Assembly (NCBI RefSeq): GCF_006345805.1
Contig: NC_043013.1
Coordinates: 1,364,001 to 1,428,000, forward strand
Source of the DNA: Octopus sinensis
Lineage: Eukaryota
Length of the DNA: 64,000 nt
Direction: 5' to 3'
Shown: piece by piece, positions 14,355 to 27,370 of the stretch
Position numbering within the stretch: the first letter of the stretch is position 1
Layout of the letters: each line of letters opens with the position of its first letter
Translations under genes and position numbers: made by a program
The notes under the pieces: model-generated
Told to the model about the DNA's origin: nothing
Databases searched by the model: none
What the model saw: only the letters and a program-made list of their open reading frames with translations

Positions 14355-14870
14355 AGCGCCCTTTTCAAGCCTAGCCAGGCTCATGGGCCCGGTTTCCCGG
14401 TTTCTATGGCGTATGTGTTCCCCAGCTGGACTGGACGCCAGTCTATCGCAGCGTTACTCATTTTTGCCAGCTGAGTGGACTGGAGCAATGTGGAATGAAG
14501 TGTTTTGCTCAAGAACACAACGCGTCGCCCGGTTCAGGAATCGAAACCACAATCTTACAATCATGATGCTGACACCCTAACCACTAAGCCACACGCCCCC
14601 CACATTGTCACTTAATACGTAAAGGATTTAACTGGTACTCGGTCGGTTACGATGAAGAAGGTTCCAGCTGATTCGATCAGCAGAACAGCCTGAAAGTGGC
14701 TGAGTACTCCACAGACACGTGTACCCCTAATGTAGTTCTCAGGGAGATTCAGCGTGACACAGAATGAAATACTGGTAGAACTCATTTTTGCCAGCTGCGT
14801 GGAGTGAATCGAACTCACAGCCTTGCGATCGTGAGCCGAGTATCCTAAACACTAAGCCATGGGCCTTCAG
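14355..14870 (-). mobile_element. Two SINE family C copies (C3 14355-14600, C1 14630-14870)
   Basis: Shared head and core, different tails. Confidence 0.8.
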
Positions 14871-15224
14871 CAACGATTTAAACAAGTCTTCCATGAATGA
14901 GTCAGGAGAGTAAGAAAAAATTTCCTCTGCCGTGAATTCAGGGAATTTCATAAACAGTCTACTTTCCAAATATCGAAGAAGTCAAGTCACACAAATCAGT
15001 CGTAACTCTAAAGCTTAATCTTCTTTTTCTTTTTCAATACATCAGTTGAGAACAAAGCTTGTTTATAGCTGTGTTCTCTGTCACGCCACACATTGGCTAA
15101 TCATATTGTCACTGGCGCGATGATCTGCCCATAGCAAAGTCATTCAAATCCCGAATGACCGTTTAGCGTTTTACCGGTCTGTTAATGTTTCTGCCAGCTC
15201 GCCGCTTGAACGGTATTTTCTATA

Positions 15225-15737
15225 TCTATATATATAAAACTGTAGTTGTGTGAGTGTCTGTCCCCTTCGATTTAGATTCCTAACTACTCCCACATTTTGC
15301 GGTGCAGTTTAACCAAATTCAGGTATCTTATAGTCGTGATTAATATCGAGCCCGTCTGGGTATTAGTGCGCGTCTACGATGAGTCTACGATTTTAAAAAT
15401 AATTTAACATCATTTTTTATTCCATTTTAATGCATAATTTTTCGTGTGTCGATGGCTGCGGAGTTGGCGTCCATGGTCACACCTGCACCTGTTTGATTCT
15501 CCCCCTTCTTCCCTCTCTCGTGAAGCTGTGGGGAAGGGAGTGTAAGGAAATCAACGTCGTAAAGCGTTGTCAAGGAGACCAGCGTTCTTTTAGAACAACG
15601 ACTTCATGGCTTGAAGACACCAAAACAGAAATGGCTAAGAAAGCCCGAATTGGCATCTATAAGGGAAGTAACTCTCTAAAAATGCTTATATAGTTATTTC
15701 CCTTACAAACCCGAGCAACGCCGGGCGATACTACTAG
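15225..15737 (+). mobile_element. Non-autonomous Helitron-like element
   Basis: 5' TCTATATATATAAAA, 3' hairpin CCCGAGCAACGCCGGG plus CTAG, inserted between A and T. Confidence 0.75.
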
Positions 15738-16087
15738 TTAATAATAATAATTTTTGACAAAACTATGATTAAAAAAATTGAGGAGGAGACATTGCTATTA
15801 ATACTAAGTTCGGTATTTGATTGATGTTTATTTTACCGATCGTAGTTAGGTAAGTAGCAAATTCTTATAATCTATTCTTTAATAATAATTTTGTCAACCT
15901 AATACCTACTTTATTGACCTTGGTAGAGTGTAAGTAAAAAAAAATTAATTTCAGTGGAATTTGATTTCAGAAAGTACAATGACACAACTAAATACCAGAA
16001 GGCATTCGTCCATTCATCAATTCTGACGAGCCATCGCCCCAAAGACAACAAAAATAACGACAACAAAGAGAACAATATTTAACTTAC

Positions 16088-16262
16088 TTTTCATTGACAT
16101 AAAGACAATGTGCCGCTGTGAGGACCCAATATTTAGTAATAAGCATGCCTCCACAGTTGAATGCTTTCCGTTTGTGTTTCGCAGTAATGGAGACCATCCA
16201 TGGCCAACGACCTTCCTCAGAGAGTTTGCCATCGACAATAACTGGGCTGGTCTCGACTTTCT
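16088..16262 (-). CDS. S1A serine protease exon: end of propeptide, mature N-terminus and catalytic His57
   Basis: Acceptor ttttcag, donor gtaagt, phase 1 to 2. Translates KVETSPV-IVDGKLSEEGRWPWMVSITAKHKRKAFNCGGMLITKYWVLTAAHCLYVNE(K), containing the WPW, CGG and WVLTAAHC motifs. Confidence 0.95.
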
Positions 16263-17227
16263 CTGAAAATATTGGCTTCGCATTCAGTTTAGCATTTACA
16301 ATTATATACAAATAAACACATTAAAATATTTATTTAAATCGTTATATGATTTTGGTAGGGGACTAATCGCAACCATACATACATACATTTCAAAATTTAA
16401 ATCTTGAAGTTAGCTTTAATCATAAAATTACATCTTTCAACTGTTAAAAGCATTTTGAATTTTTTTCTGTTTGGCAGCCATTTTTCAATTTTTTCAATTT
16501 CTGTTCCAATTGATTTCATATTTGATGTAATGATGTACTTTTGTATGTTAATCATTGACATAAAATCCATTTTCATTATAAATCAATAAGTAAGGAGTTA
16601 ATAGCTTTTAAATTTTCAAGTTTTGGGTAATTTTAGCCACAAACATTCATGCATGTCTCCATAGTAACAAGCTAAGCATGAGAACTCCTTTGTCTGCGAG
16701 AAAGCACATGTTCACAAATATCTATATACTCATTGAGGTAGTTGTGAGATGTGCTAAACATAACAGCTTAAGTTGGCCTTAAATCACGCACCCCAACTTT
16801 TTTGTTTTTGTGTTTGCATAATCTTATGAATTCCCGTTTGTAGAATACAAATTCGTTAAAATTTTCTGAAAGTTTCAAAAAGTAAAAAAAGTTATGAGGG
16901 TTTATAAGGCGTGCGAAAAGCAGAATCCTGCCGATATTTCATTCGTTTACAGTTGACAACATGTGCTGTCACGCACAAAATGACAGCTTCCAAATCTTGT
17001 TTTCTGACAGGGTAAAAATGAGCAAACTTTAAGCCTCTATAACTTTCTTTTAAAAAAGTTTCTGGGAAAAGTGAAATACCTCCTGAGATTTAGCGTGGAA
17101 AATTACATGAATACAATTAATAAAATGTTCAATAAACTTTGAAATTTCCACATGTGTAGAAAAGATCCGCTAAAGAGAATAGTCTATGTTGAGTTTTTAG
17201 ACTCAGTCGAGTTTCCTTAATTTCATA

Positions 17228-18525
17228 TCATGTGGCATTTTCCCATGATCCTCTTTCATTTGACCAAAATATTGAAAATTTCTGTCGCATTCCTGATCTT
17301 TCTGATGTCTAAGGATTAATGTTTATGTGAATGAATCTTTTATAAAATGTAATTTTGGAAAACTAACAAATTTACCTTATCTTGTTTTACTCATTTTGCC
17401 CCGTCTAAATGTGTCTTTTCCATGCTCAAAGGGAACGGCGATAATTTTCTGAAACTGTGTTCTGAATATGTCATAGTTTTTACTACATTTAGAGGTCTTT
17501 GTTTAGCTGATATAATTTTCACAAGGTAGTAAACATTTGTAAAACGTTTTTTCTCCAAAGTAAAAAAAGTGCAGTAAAAATAAGTCATTGTGCAACACCT
17601 CACCACCTCCTGGGAACTGGAAAAGTAGACTTTCGGAAATAGCTGTTTGAATTTCCCCGTTTTTGTTGGGATTCCCCCACCCCCACTTATTTTTCGCGCA
17701 ATGCAAAACGATAAAGGGAAGTCATTTTAAAAGAAGAATTTTAAAAATTCACGTCTTTTAAATATTGGTATATCCACCCACCCCCTCACACACAAATACA
17801 CACACACACACGCACGCAACAACCACTAAAATAATTTTTTTGTCTTTTCGTAATTTTCTGTCGTTTCATCGTATTCTCCATTCTGAAATATTTGTAACTC
17901 GCATTAAAAATCAAAAGAAACATCTTACTTCCGCTTCCCTCCATCGTTATACTTTTCCCAATGAAGGAAAAGTCAAACACCACAACTCGATGCGTGAACA
18001 AACGACATTTGGCTTTTGCAAAGTATATCTGTAAAACGACATTTTTAGTCATTGATTTCAGCCTTTTCTGCTAATTCATCAAATTCAATTATTTGAAATA
18101 GACGGGTTTTGAGATTTAATTTGATAATTTTCTAAGATTTAAAATCTTGTTTTTTTTTAAAAAAAGGAGCACTCCGTCGGTTACGACGACGAGGTTCCCA
18201 GCTGATCCGATCAACGGAAGAGCTTGCTCGTGAAATTAACGTGCAAGTGACTGAGTATTCCACAGACAGGTGTGCCTTTAACGTAGTTCCGAGTGAGATT
18301 CAGCGGGACACAGAGTGTGACAATGCAGGCCCCTTGAAATACAGGTACTACTAATTTTTGCCAGCTGAGTGGACTCGAGCAACGTGAAATAAAGTGTCTT
18401 GCTCAAGGACACAACGCGTCGCCGGGAATCGAACGCACGACAATACGATCATGAGCCGAATGCCCTAACCACTAAGCCCACTTGAAGTGGCCCAGACCCC
18501 ACCCACGGTTTAAATCCGGTTCTAC
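17228..18525. mobile_element. Unclassified ~1-kb DNA-element family, copy 1 (interrupted by a SINE)
   Basis: Colinear similarity with 54495-55530; terminus ggtttaaatccggttct. Confidence 0.7.
18168..18478 (-). mobile_element. SINE family C (C1) inserted in a DNA-element relic
   Basis: C1 consensus, reverse strand. Confidence 0.85.
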
Positions 18526-18530
18526 ATAGA

Positions 18531-18569
<39 letters not shown>

Positions 18570-18872
18570 ATTCAATGTATATCTTAATGAATATAGAGCT
18601 TTAGGCTTTTATCGCTTTGTCTGAAGAAAAGGTGGTTTCAATTTGGTTTCTCTCTTTGCTCAGACCTTCAGAGAAAGAATACCAACGTTTTATACGAATA
18701 AAGATGGTCAATCTAATTAGTGTTAAAACATTTGGTGTTGCATTGATATTTGTATCTTTTCTTTATCCCCTTTTTTGCTTTACTTTTATAAAATGTATTC
18801 CACTAACTAATTAATTAATTAGTACATTACACATCAGTTATATGTAATTAAAAAAATATTATTATTATTATT

Positions 18873-18942
18873 CAGGTCGCTGCTTGGAATTGAACTCGGA
18901 ATCTTGGGGTTAGTAGCCCGCGCCCTTAACCACTACGCATAC
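18873..18942 (-). pseudogene. tRNA-like (Ser-ACT-like) pseudogene or mini-SINE head with (AAT)n tail
   Basis: gcgtagtggttaag (A box), loop CT-ACT-AA, gagttcaattcc (B box); 5' end truncated. Confidence 0.55.
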
Positions 18943-18944
18943 CA

Positions 18945-19490
18945 GGCAGTGGCTCTCGTGGCTTCTGATCTTAATGATTGGAAGTGTTATCATGTACATT
19001 GTTTTGTTTTGGTATAAAAGATGGGTTACAGCAAATATTCTGCTCAATACCACAGATTTGCTTGTCAGTTGTTTGACCGTAACCAGTTGAGAACGTCCCT
19101 AGGTGGCTGACGATATGTGCATCTCTGATCACGAGCAGAAGTAGTGGGGGAGCATCGTATCCATGTGTTGAGAGGGATTCTTTGGGGTTTGGATAAATCA
19201 CCTTTGGTAACATGGGTGTTTCGTTCAGCATCCTTAAACAACCCTTATTCAGGGACCTTTTGAGCGGGATGGGCTACTCAACCTGAAGAAAATTCTATCT
19301 GGGCCCCACCTGCAAGGTCATGTGCTGTTTATCTTGATATAAGTTCACCATGTCGCGCACATATGGTTGTGATGCATGTGCCTGGTGTACCCTTATCAGA
19401 CGGGTAGTTATGACGGGTATACTGGGCTTCGTATATTTTACCCCAGTGTCACTTTGATGGCATGCACTGCTCTCTCACTCAATAATAATA
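18945..19490 (+). mobile_element. Module of the composite element alone, with (AAT)n tail
   Basis: ccaggcagtggctctc..ggtgtacccttatcagacggg..ctctctcactc followed by (AAT)n. Confidence 0.8.
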
Positions 19491-19508
19491 GTAATAATAA
19501 TAATAATA

Positions 19509-19562
<54 letters not shown>

Positions 19563-20129
19563 CAACAACAACAACAACGTCGAAAAATAATTTTAAAATG
19601 TTCGGTGAAGTAAGAGGTTATTAGGATGTAGCTTTCATAGTCTTGCTCCCTTGATTTGCATATAATACATTAATTAGCCTCGTAGTTAATTAAAATAGAA
19701 TGTATTAATGGCAAATACAGCAGATTGAAGATGATGTTTAAATATCTTATTGTTTTCCGAAGTATTTAGAAAGATAACTGATATTATTCTTATAGAGCTG
19801 TTTCGAGATGATTTTTCCCTCATCAGACAGTAGACATCGTTATTCTTCGGCTACTCACAAAACTATTAATGGAAGTCACTAAAACACAATAACTTATAAC
19901 ATAATACCGTCCATTAATATTAAAACGAATGAATAATTCAACTCAAGACCACAAAGACTATTAAAAACTCAAGACATTAATAGCTAGTCACAAAACATAC
20001 ACTAAATCAACAAATGTCCAGAAAAATCACTTACGTATGCAGCTCCTGTCACATCTAACATAAATTATAACGGAACGGATTACGTAACTATGACACTAAA
20101 TCATTTCAATGTTAGATATATTTCCTGTC

Positions 20130-20355
20130 TACAATAGGCACAAGGCTTGAAATTTTGGGCGAGTGGGGTGGGGGTGGGGGGGCTAGTCGATTACATCAGC
20201 CCCAGAGCTCAACTGGTATTTATTTTATCGGCCCCGGAAAGATGAAATGCGAAATCGACCTCGGTGGAATTTGAACTGAGAACGTAAAGGCGGACGAAAT
20301 GCCGCTAACTATTTTCTCCGGCGTGCTAACGGTTCTGCCATCCCACCGCCTTAAT
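20130..20355 (-). mobile_element. SINE family B
   Basis: Family B consensus, reverse strand. Confidence 0.85.
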
Positions 20356-20669
20356 ATTAGGTATAATTAGCATAAATACACATTCCGGACGTTAGTAAAA
20401 ATATTTGAGAACAAGCCGTATATGGTTTTGAAAAGTAATAATCTAGAGTATCAGTACCTATTAAAGAATAACAAGATATTTCGACACAGAGTTTTGCATT
20501 AAGAGTTTTTGCAAAATTAATGCATAAACAACTTAATTCCGTTGTTTACGCAACAGAAATCTTAATTCTAGATTCTGTAGATCTTAATGTTTTAATTCCG
20601 ACATAAAACAGTTTCTTATCGTCTGTGCGATATAATATTAAGAAATCCTGCAACAACAATGAAATATGC

Positions 20670-20857
20670 ATCTTTATCTTTTTCTGGTTTCAGTCATTTG
20701 ACTGCGGCCATACTGGAGTACCGCCTTGAAGAATGTTCGTCGGACGAAGCCACGGCAGGATTTAATCTTTCTTAAGCTTCGTACTTACTCACTATCTTTT
20801 GCCAAACTACTAAGTTACAGGGACATAAACACATGAACGCCGGTTGTCTAGTGGTGG

Positions 20858-20939
<82 letters not shown>

Positions 20940-21346
20940 TGTATATACGACGGGCTTCTTTCAGTTTCTGTCTACCAAATCCACTCACAAAGCTTTGGTC
21001 GGCCCGAGGCTGTACCAGAAGACACTTGTCCAAAGTGCGATGCAGTCGGACTGAACCCGGAACCACATGAGAGGGACATAAACTTACCACCTGGTCACGT
21101 CTACGCCTATTATTTTCTTCTTTCTTTTTTTACAATTTTCAGTCATTTGACTGCGGTCATGCTAGAGCACCGCTCTTAGTCAAACACATCGACCCAGGAC
21201 TTATTCTTTGTAAGCCTAGTACTTATTCTACCGGTGTCTTTTACCGAACCGCTAAGTTACGTGGAGGTAAACACACTATCAGTTGTCAAGCGATGGTAGT
21301 GGGACAAAGACAGATACAGACAGACAGACGGACAGACAGACAGACA

Positions 21347-21381
<35 letters not shown>

Positions 21382-21530
21382 GACAGTCTTCTTTCAGTTT
21401 CCATCTAACAAATCCATTCACAAGGCTTTGGTCGGCCCGAGTCTATAATAGAAGACACTTGCCGAAGGTGCCACGCAGTGGGACTGAACCAGGAGCCATG
21501 GAGTTGGGAAGGAAGCTTCTTACCTCACAT
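20670..21530 (-). mobile_element. Two tandem SINE family A copies (20670-21108, 21118-21530)
   Basis: Same head, core and tail with internal (CA)n. Confidence 0.85.
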
Positions 21531-21899
21531 CCAAAAAAAAAATGTAGTCTTTAGAGGTTAAGGAGTCAGAGTGATCTTCCCTTAAAATTATATTTGACAT
21601 TTTCATAATAACTGCAGTTATATGATATATAGAAATAAGTTTAATATTCCTTCTATCATGGTTCTTTTACATAAAACAAATTTGGAGTTTACTTCGTTTC
21701 TGTATGTGGTTTGCAAGATTCTTGATGTGAATTCGTGTGTTGAAACAAATTTTGTTGTGCCTTGTGAGAGTCATTACGCCAATTAATAATAACAGATGCG
21801 CAGTTCAATTCCACTCCTTTACTATTAGTTAATGGTAAATATCGATCGTTCGTCTGTTTAAGAGGTGATCGGTGTGTTTGTTCCTGAAAGCTCTTTCAT

Positions 21900-22180
21900 T
21901 GCCGTGCGCAACCATTTCGGTGATTTGTGACCACCCGACTTTCTATAGAAGCTGTTTATGGGAGACTAGCAGTCGACCATGTCTACCAGCCACCTCTCTC
22001 CACGCCACCGTTGTTATTCCAAGGGAAAGGCAAAGGCTCATTTCTACGGCTGAGTGAACTGGAGCAACATGAAATAAAATATCTGGCTCAAGGCCACAAC
22101 ACACAGTCCTCTTCAGGAATCGAACTCACTACCTCATGATTGTGAATCCGAGACTCTAACCACTGAGCCATGCGCCTTCA
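21900..22180 (-). mobile_element. SINE family C (C2)
   Basis: C2 consensus with head ..ctctaaccactgagccatgcgcc. Confidence 0.8.
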
Positions 22181-22200
22181 CATTGTAATATATGACTCAC

Positions 22201-22228
22201 CAGTTATGTAATGTTCCATGTAGCTGCC
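22201..22228 (-). CDS. Candidate 28-nt propeptide micro-exon of the protease
   Basis: aacattttag|GGCAGCTACATGGAACATTACATAACTG|gtgagt. Reads GSYMEHYIT(E); its phase-1 end fits the exon at 16262. No homology support. Confidence 0.3.
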
Positions 22229-22984
22229 CTAAAATGTTAGATATGAAAATCAGTCCATCCTGTTTACTTCGATCTGGTGTATGAGTAATAACAATGTGTT
22301 TATAAATAGCTAAATTCGGTACACAGCTATTGGTGAAAACTCAAAAAGCATTGAAACGTACAAACAGCTGTTCCCCCTTTTTGTGTCCAATCAAATATTA
22401 TTCTGAGAAGTTGCTTACAATTGTCGTCACACACAAAAGCTAAGAAAAAAAAAAAAGATTTATTGATATGTTCTACAATATATTATAGCAACGAAACACA
22501 ATACTGGTAATTCATTGTTCAATCTCGTTGCTACGAAAGTATTAAGGATGCAATTTAATCTATCCACTTTACCCTAACCTCATATATTAATGGTTTTATA
22601 AGCAATGTTTGTCGATGGCTAAAGAAAGTACACAATGGCCGACGAAGTCTCCATAAAAGAATTGAAACATACGAGAACTGTCCTCGATATCTTTTTTTTC
22701 CTTCTTTGTACTTCTGTACGAAATGTTTATAACCTTCCCAGCACACGGTGTTGGCTAAACAAAAGAAAAAAACAACAACAATCTATTCATATGTTCTTTG
22801 GTACATTGTAGCAGTTACTAAATATTACCCTAAGGTAACTCTTTAGTTTCAACATGTCAAGCGTTAAAACCAACACTTTATTTTTGCTTCTGTGATGTTC
22901 TTTTTAATATTTATCAACCTTATTCTACTCACACACATATACACACATACCACACCACACACCAACATATAGATAGATAGATCA

Positions 22985-23019
<35 letters not shown>

Positions 23020-23274
23020 CATACACATGCATATATATGAGTGCATTTATATATATATTGTTAATTACATATACTAATGTATAAGCTTTGTGTAATTTCC
23101 GGTGGCTGCAATGGCGTAGCAGAATATATAACTCTCATGACGCCGGTGTTAAAACACCTTACAGCCATAGACAGGCGAGATAACTCACCATCAATCCCAT
23201 CTGGGAGTGATGGACATCGACGTTTCGTCATTTTTGTGGCTTATCAACACCACGTGTACACACACACACACACA

Positions 23275-23313
<39 letters not shown>

Positions 23314-23466
23314 TTATACGTAAATGTAGAACGACGAAATGAGTGCTCAACACAGCATTGGTGAATATAGAATTTCTTTATTTGTGAATTAAGGCTGTCA
23401 TTGGTTTCATATTAAGAAGAGTAGGAAAATATCCTAGTATCTTAATTATTTTTCAAGCCGATCACA

Positions 23467-23505
<39 letters not shown>

Positions 23506-23508
23506 CAA

Positions 23509-23553
<45 letters not shown>

Positions 23554-23594
23554 GAGAGAGAGACATACAAACACATGCATATATATTTGTGCAT

Positions 23595-23633
<39 letters not shown>

Positions 23634-24382
23634 TATCATATCATATCTATAAAAGAGAGGATGTGTGCGTGCGCGCGCGCGCGCGCGCGTGTGTGTGTGT
23701 GTACGTGATTGTAATTTATGTACGTCCACAAAATAGCACGCATGTCGCACCAATTTTAGGAGGACATTTGTCAACACCCTATCTGGGTTTTGTCAACTTA
23801 TTATTTTCCCCGGGGCACCCGTGGATAGCGTAAATATCTATTTTCAGACATAGCTTTTAGCCACAAAAAATATCGGCCATTGCTTTTTGACAGCATCTAA
23901 CAAAAAAAAAAAGATAAAGAAAAGTGGAAGAAGGAGGCAGAGAGTTTCACGGGAAAGACAAAGTGAGAGAGGGAGAGAGAAAGAGAGTGACTAAGTTCAT
24001 AAAAAATAAAATGTAAAATGTTTTGTTTTTTGTTTTTGAAAGACACTATATTTTATAATCATAGTATATATACTTTCTCACACAACACTTACAATATACT
24101 GCGTTCCATTTTGTTTGTTTGTGCGCATGTGTGTGGGTCTGTGTGTGTGTGTGCCTATAAATGCACGCATGTACGTATGTATGTGTGTGTGTGTGTGTGT
24201 GTTTGCATGTGTTTGTATGTTAGATATGTAAATAAACAGATCAATATACAGACGGATAGGTATTTAGACTATATGAACAGACACATATGGAGACACGGAC
24301 CCACACATATAAAGATGCACATCCATACATAAAAACACATGCAAACACACACACATACATACGTACATATGTGCATGTATAG

Positions 24383-24413
<31 letters not shown>

Positions 24414-25152
24414 TGTGCACAAACAAACAAAAGGGAACGCAGTGTAAATGACGGACAGAGTCAAAACTATTGAAAAGGTTGCAACGCGCAACGAAAATTT
24501 TAGGAAAATAAAAATAAGAATTAAGTGGAAATTTTACCGGTGAATGTGTTAAATAATAAGGCACAAAAAGAAAATGACTCTCCCAGACGCAACAGAATAT
24601 GCTTCAACACATGAAAGAATCTTGCAAGCGAAATCCAAAAACGAATTACTTATTTTAAATCGTTCATCTTTCTCCCCCCTCTCTCTCACACACACATATT
24701 ACTTTGGGTACGAAAGGGTTTTGTTTTTATTTTACGCCGAGTAAAAAAGTGTTTTGTGACAATCCATTTATTTAACAACAAAGAAACAAAGAGGCGAGTA
24801 ACAATTTGTCAGTGAATTACACAATATAAATGGGTACAATTTGCGAGGCTTCCACTACACCCCACTCCGTTTCACGGACCACAAAAAGGGTTTTGAGGCC
24901 AGACTAGTTGATTCCACGCAAAAAAAAAACCGATTTTTCTTTTTAGTGAAAATCGTGCGAATGTTAATCTACAAATTTAACAACATTTTTTCCCATTCAT
25001 TTCTGTTTATGAACATGTATGCGTGCACAAAACATGTAATAGGTGTACGTACGTACGTGTGTGTATGTGTGTTCGAGTCTGTTGCCCATATATATTTATA
25101 TTATATTATATATATAATATATATATAATATATATAATATATATATATATAT

Positions 25153-25234
<82 letters not shown>

Positions 25235-25236
<2 letters not shown>

Positions 25237-25360
25237 CTAATTTCAACGGATTTCGCCCAAATTTGACGTCTATATTACTTAGTTTGGTTTGAAATAAAGA
25301 ACTTGATTAGCTTAATAATTGTAACTTAATCCCGGGCAAGGCCGGGTTATACTGCTTGTA
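25235..25360 (+). mobile_element. Short Helitron-like 3' end
   Basis: CCCGGGCAAGGCCGGG hairpin followed by CTTG-TA. Confidence 0.55.
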
Positions 25361-25364
25361 TATA

Positions 25365-26126
25365 TATATATTCTTTTCAAACCTATAATGGAAATGGCAA
25401 AGGAGTATATTCGGCATATTTTGCTTTATGAGTTCAATAAAAGCAACAACGCAACGAAAAGTGGGAAGAATATTAACGCAGCATATGAGGACCAGACAAT
25501 AAGCATAAGCCAGTGTCAATGGTGGTTCCAGAGATTCCAAGCCGGATACTACAGCCTAGAAGACGAGTCCCATCCTGGAAGATCTGTAGAACGGACGAGG
25601 ATGTCTTGCAAATTCTGGTAGAACAAAATCACACCGTAACTGTTGAGGAACTAGCAGAGAAGCTTGGATTTGGTAATTCAGCCATTCATCGACACCTGCG
25701 TGCCATTGGAAAAGTCAGCAAATTGGGTCAATGGGTTCCTCACAAACTTTCCGAGTCTAATTTCGAACCACATACAGCCAGGATGACATTCCAAAGGCTG
25801 GAGCAGTTTGAATGGGAAACGATGCCCCACCCACATATTCGCCGGACATTGCCCCACCTGAGTATCATTTAATCCGCAGCCTTCAAAATCATTTGGACAG
25901 GAAAAATATGAATTCTGTAGACGAGGTCAGAACAGTGCTGGAGGAGTACTTTTCGCACCGGACAAGTGCATTTTGGAAGAAGGGCCTTGCAAGTCTATCA
26001 GGTAGATGGAAGAGCATTGTACACAATGAAGGAGAGTATATTTTAGATTAAAAAAGAACTTTGATTATCTTAATTTTGAAAACTAAGAGTATTAAAAAAC
26101 TACATTATTTATAGGATGGCCCAATA
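25365..26126 (+). mobile_element. Mariner transposon, internally deleted, left TIR lost
   Basis: MEMAKEYIRHILLYEF..WFQRF, WVPHKL and YSPDIAP motifs; right TIR cattatttataggatggcccaata. Confidence 0.92.
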
Positions 26127-26993
26127 TATGGTCAGTGGATCATATATCCAAGAAAGAAGCACACTCTATAAGTTTGAGCATTAATGTATGTACAAGTGGT
26201 TGCTTGTGTGGCAAATCATAGAGTGACCAATGGTTTCGCATCCACAAAGCGTCTAGACTTGTAGGCGGCTCCGTCTATAAGAAACAATTATTTCTTTATC
26301 ACAAATACTTTCATTCATTCGAAATCTTTTTTATTACGTTTTTATGTAATTTATATTAGGTGTTGATATCCAGAAACTTGTCGAGCAACATTCCCTTCGA
26401 CTCTTTGCAGTTTGAGTTCAAACTCCACCGAAACCTAATTTGCTCTTTAGAGTCAAATAAGTCCTAGTTGAGCCCTGGGCTCGCTGTAATCGACTGAGCC
26501 CCCCCCCCACTTCCACGCTAAAATTGGTAGCTCTATTCCCAAGCTTGAAGTAGTCATGATTATTATTGATGGGTGGTATAAAATGAAGGTTATCGGTCTA
26601 AATGCGTCTCTATTTCAGCTCAAATTTTACTGAATCAGATTTTGTGTTTAGACACAAACATGAGTAATAGGTATTTCCAGACTTGTACTTGCTATTGTTA
26701 ACCACACCCTTTCCTGAAAATGTTTGGCCGGATGTCAATGCAAACATGTCATACATTAATTTTGAGAATACGCTTTAACCACTGTAAGTCGCAGCAATTA
26801 TTGTTACGTAACTCCAATTATAAACTGTTTGAATGATTTTCAAATTCTATGGCGGTTCTACGAAATAATCAAATGAATTCGAACTTCTACAATGAAGAAA
26901 GTATTTATATTGAAATAACTAATTTAATAGAATAAATTTCTCATTTGTTTATCTGCAATAAATGTATCTAGCCAACAACAAATTTACTGTTTT

Positions 26994-27370
26994 AGGCGCA
27001 TGCGTGGCTGTATGGTAAGAAGCTGGCTTCCTAACCACATAGTTCGGGGTTCAGTCCTACTGCGTGGTACCTTGGCGCCAGTGTATTTTATGATAATCTC
27101 GGGCCGTCCAAAGTCTTGAGGGAATTTGAAAATCGGAAACTGAGAAGAGCCCGTCGTATGTGTGTGTGTGTGTGTGTATTTGTGTCTGTGTTCATTGCCC
27201 CGTCCTCATCAACCAGTGATGGTGTGTTTACGTCTTCGTAACATAGCGGTTCGGCAAAAGAAACCGATAAAATAAGTATTGAGTGGAGATTCATTTCACT
27301 AAAGCATTTTCAGGGCGGTGCTGCAGCATGACCGCAGTCTAATGATTGAAACAAGTAAAGGATAAAAGAA
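26994..27370 (+). mobile_element. SINE family A
   Basis: ggcgcatgcgtggctgtatggtaag through gactgaaacaagtaaa-like tail. Confidence 0.85.

Noticed and set aside
19790-19832. Hammerhead relic CTGATGA-GGGA..TCTC-GAAACAGCTCTA (minus); a similar one at ~23212-23250
   Set aside because: Stems I and III are broken; decayed PLE-type motifs, not reported as functional.
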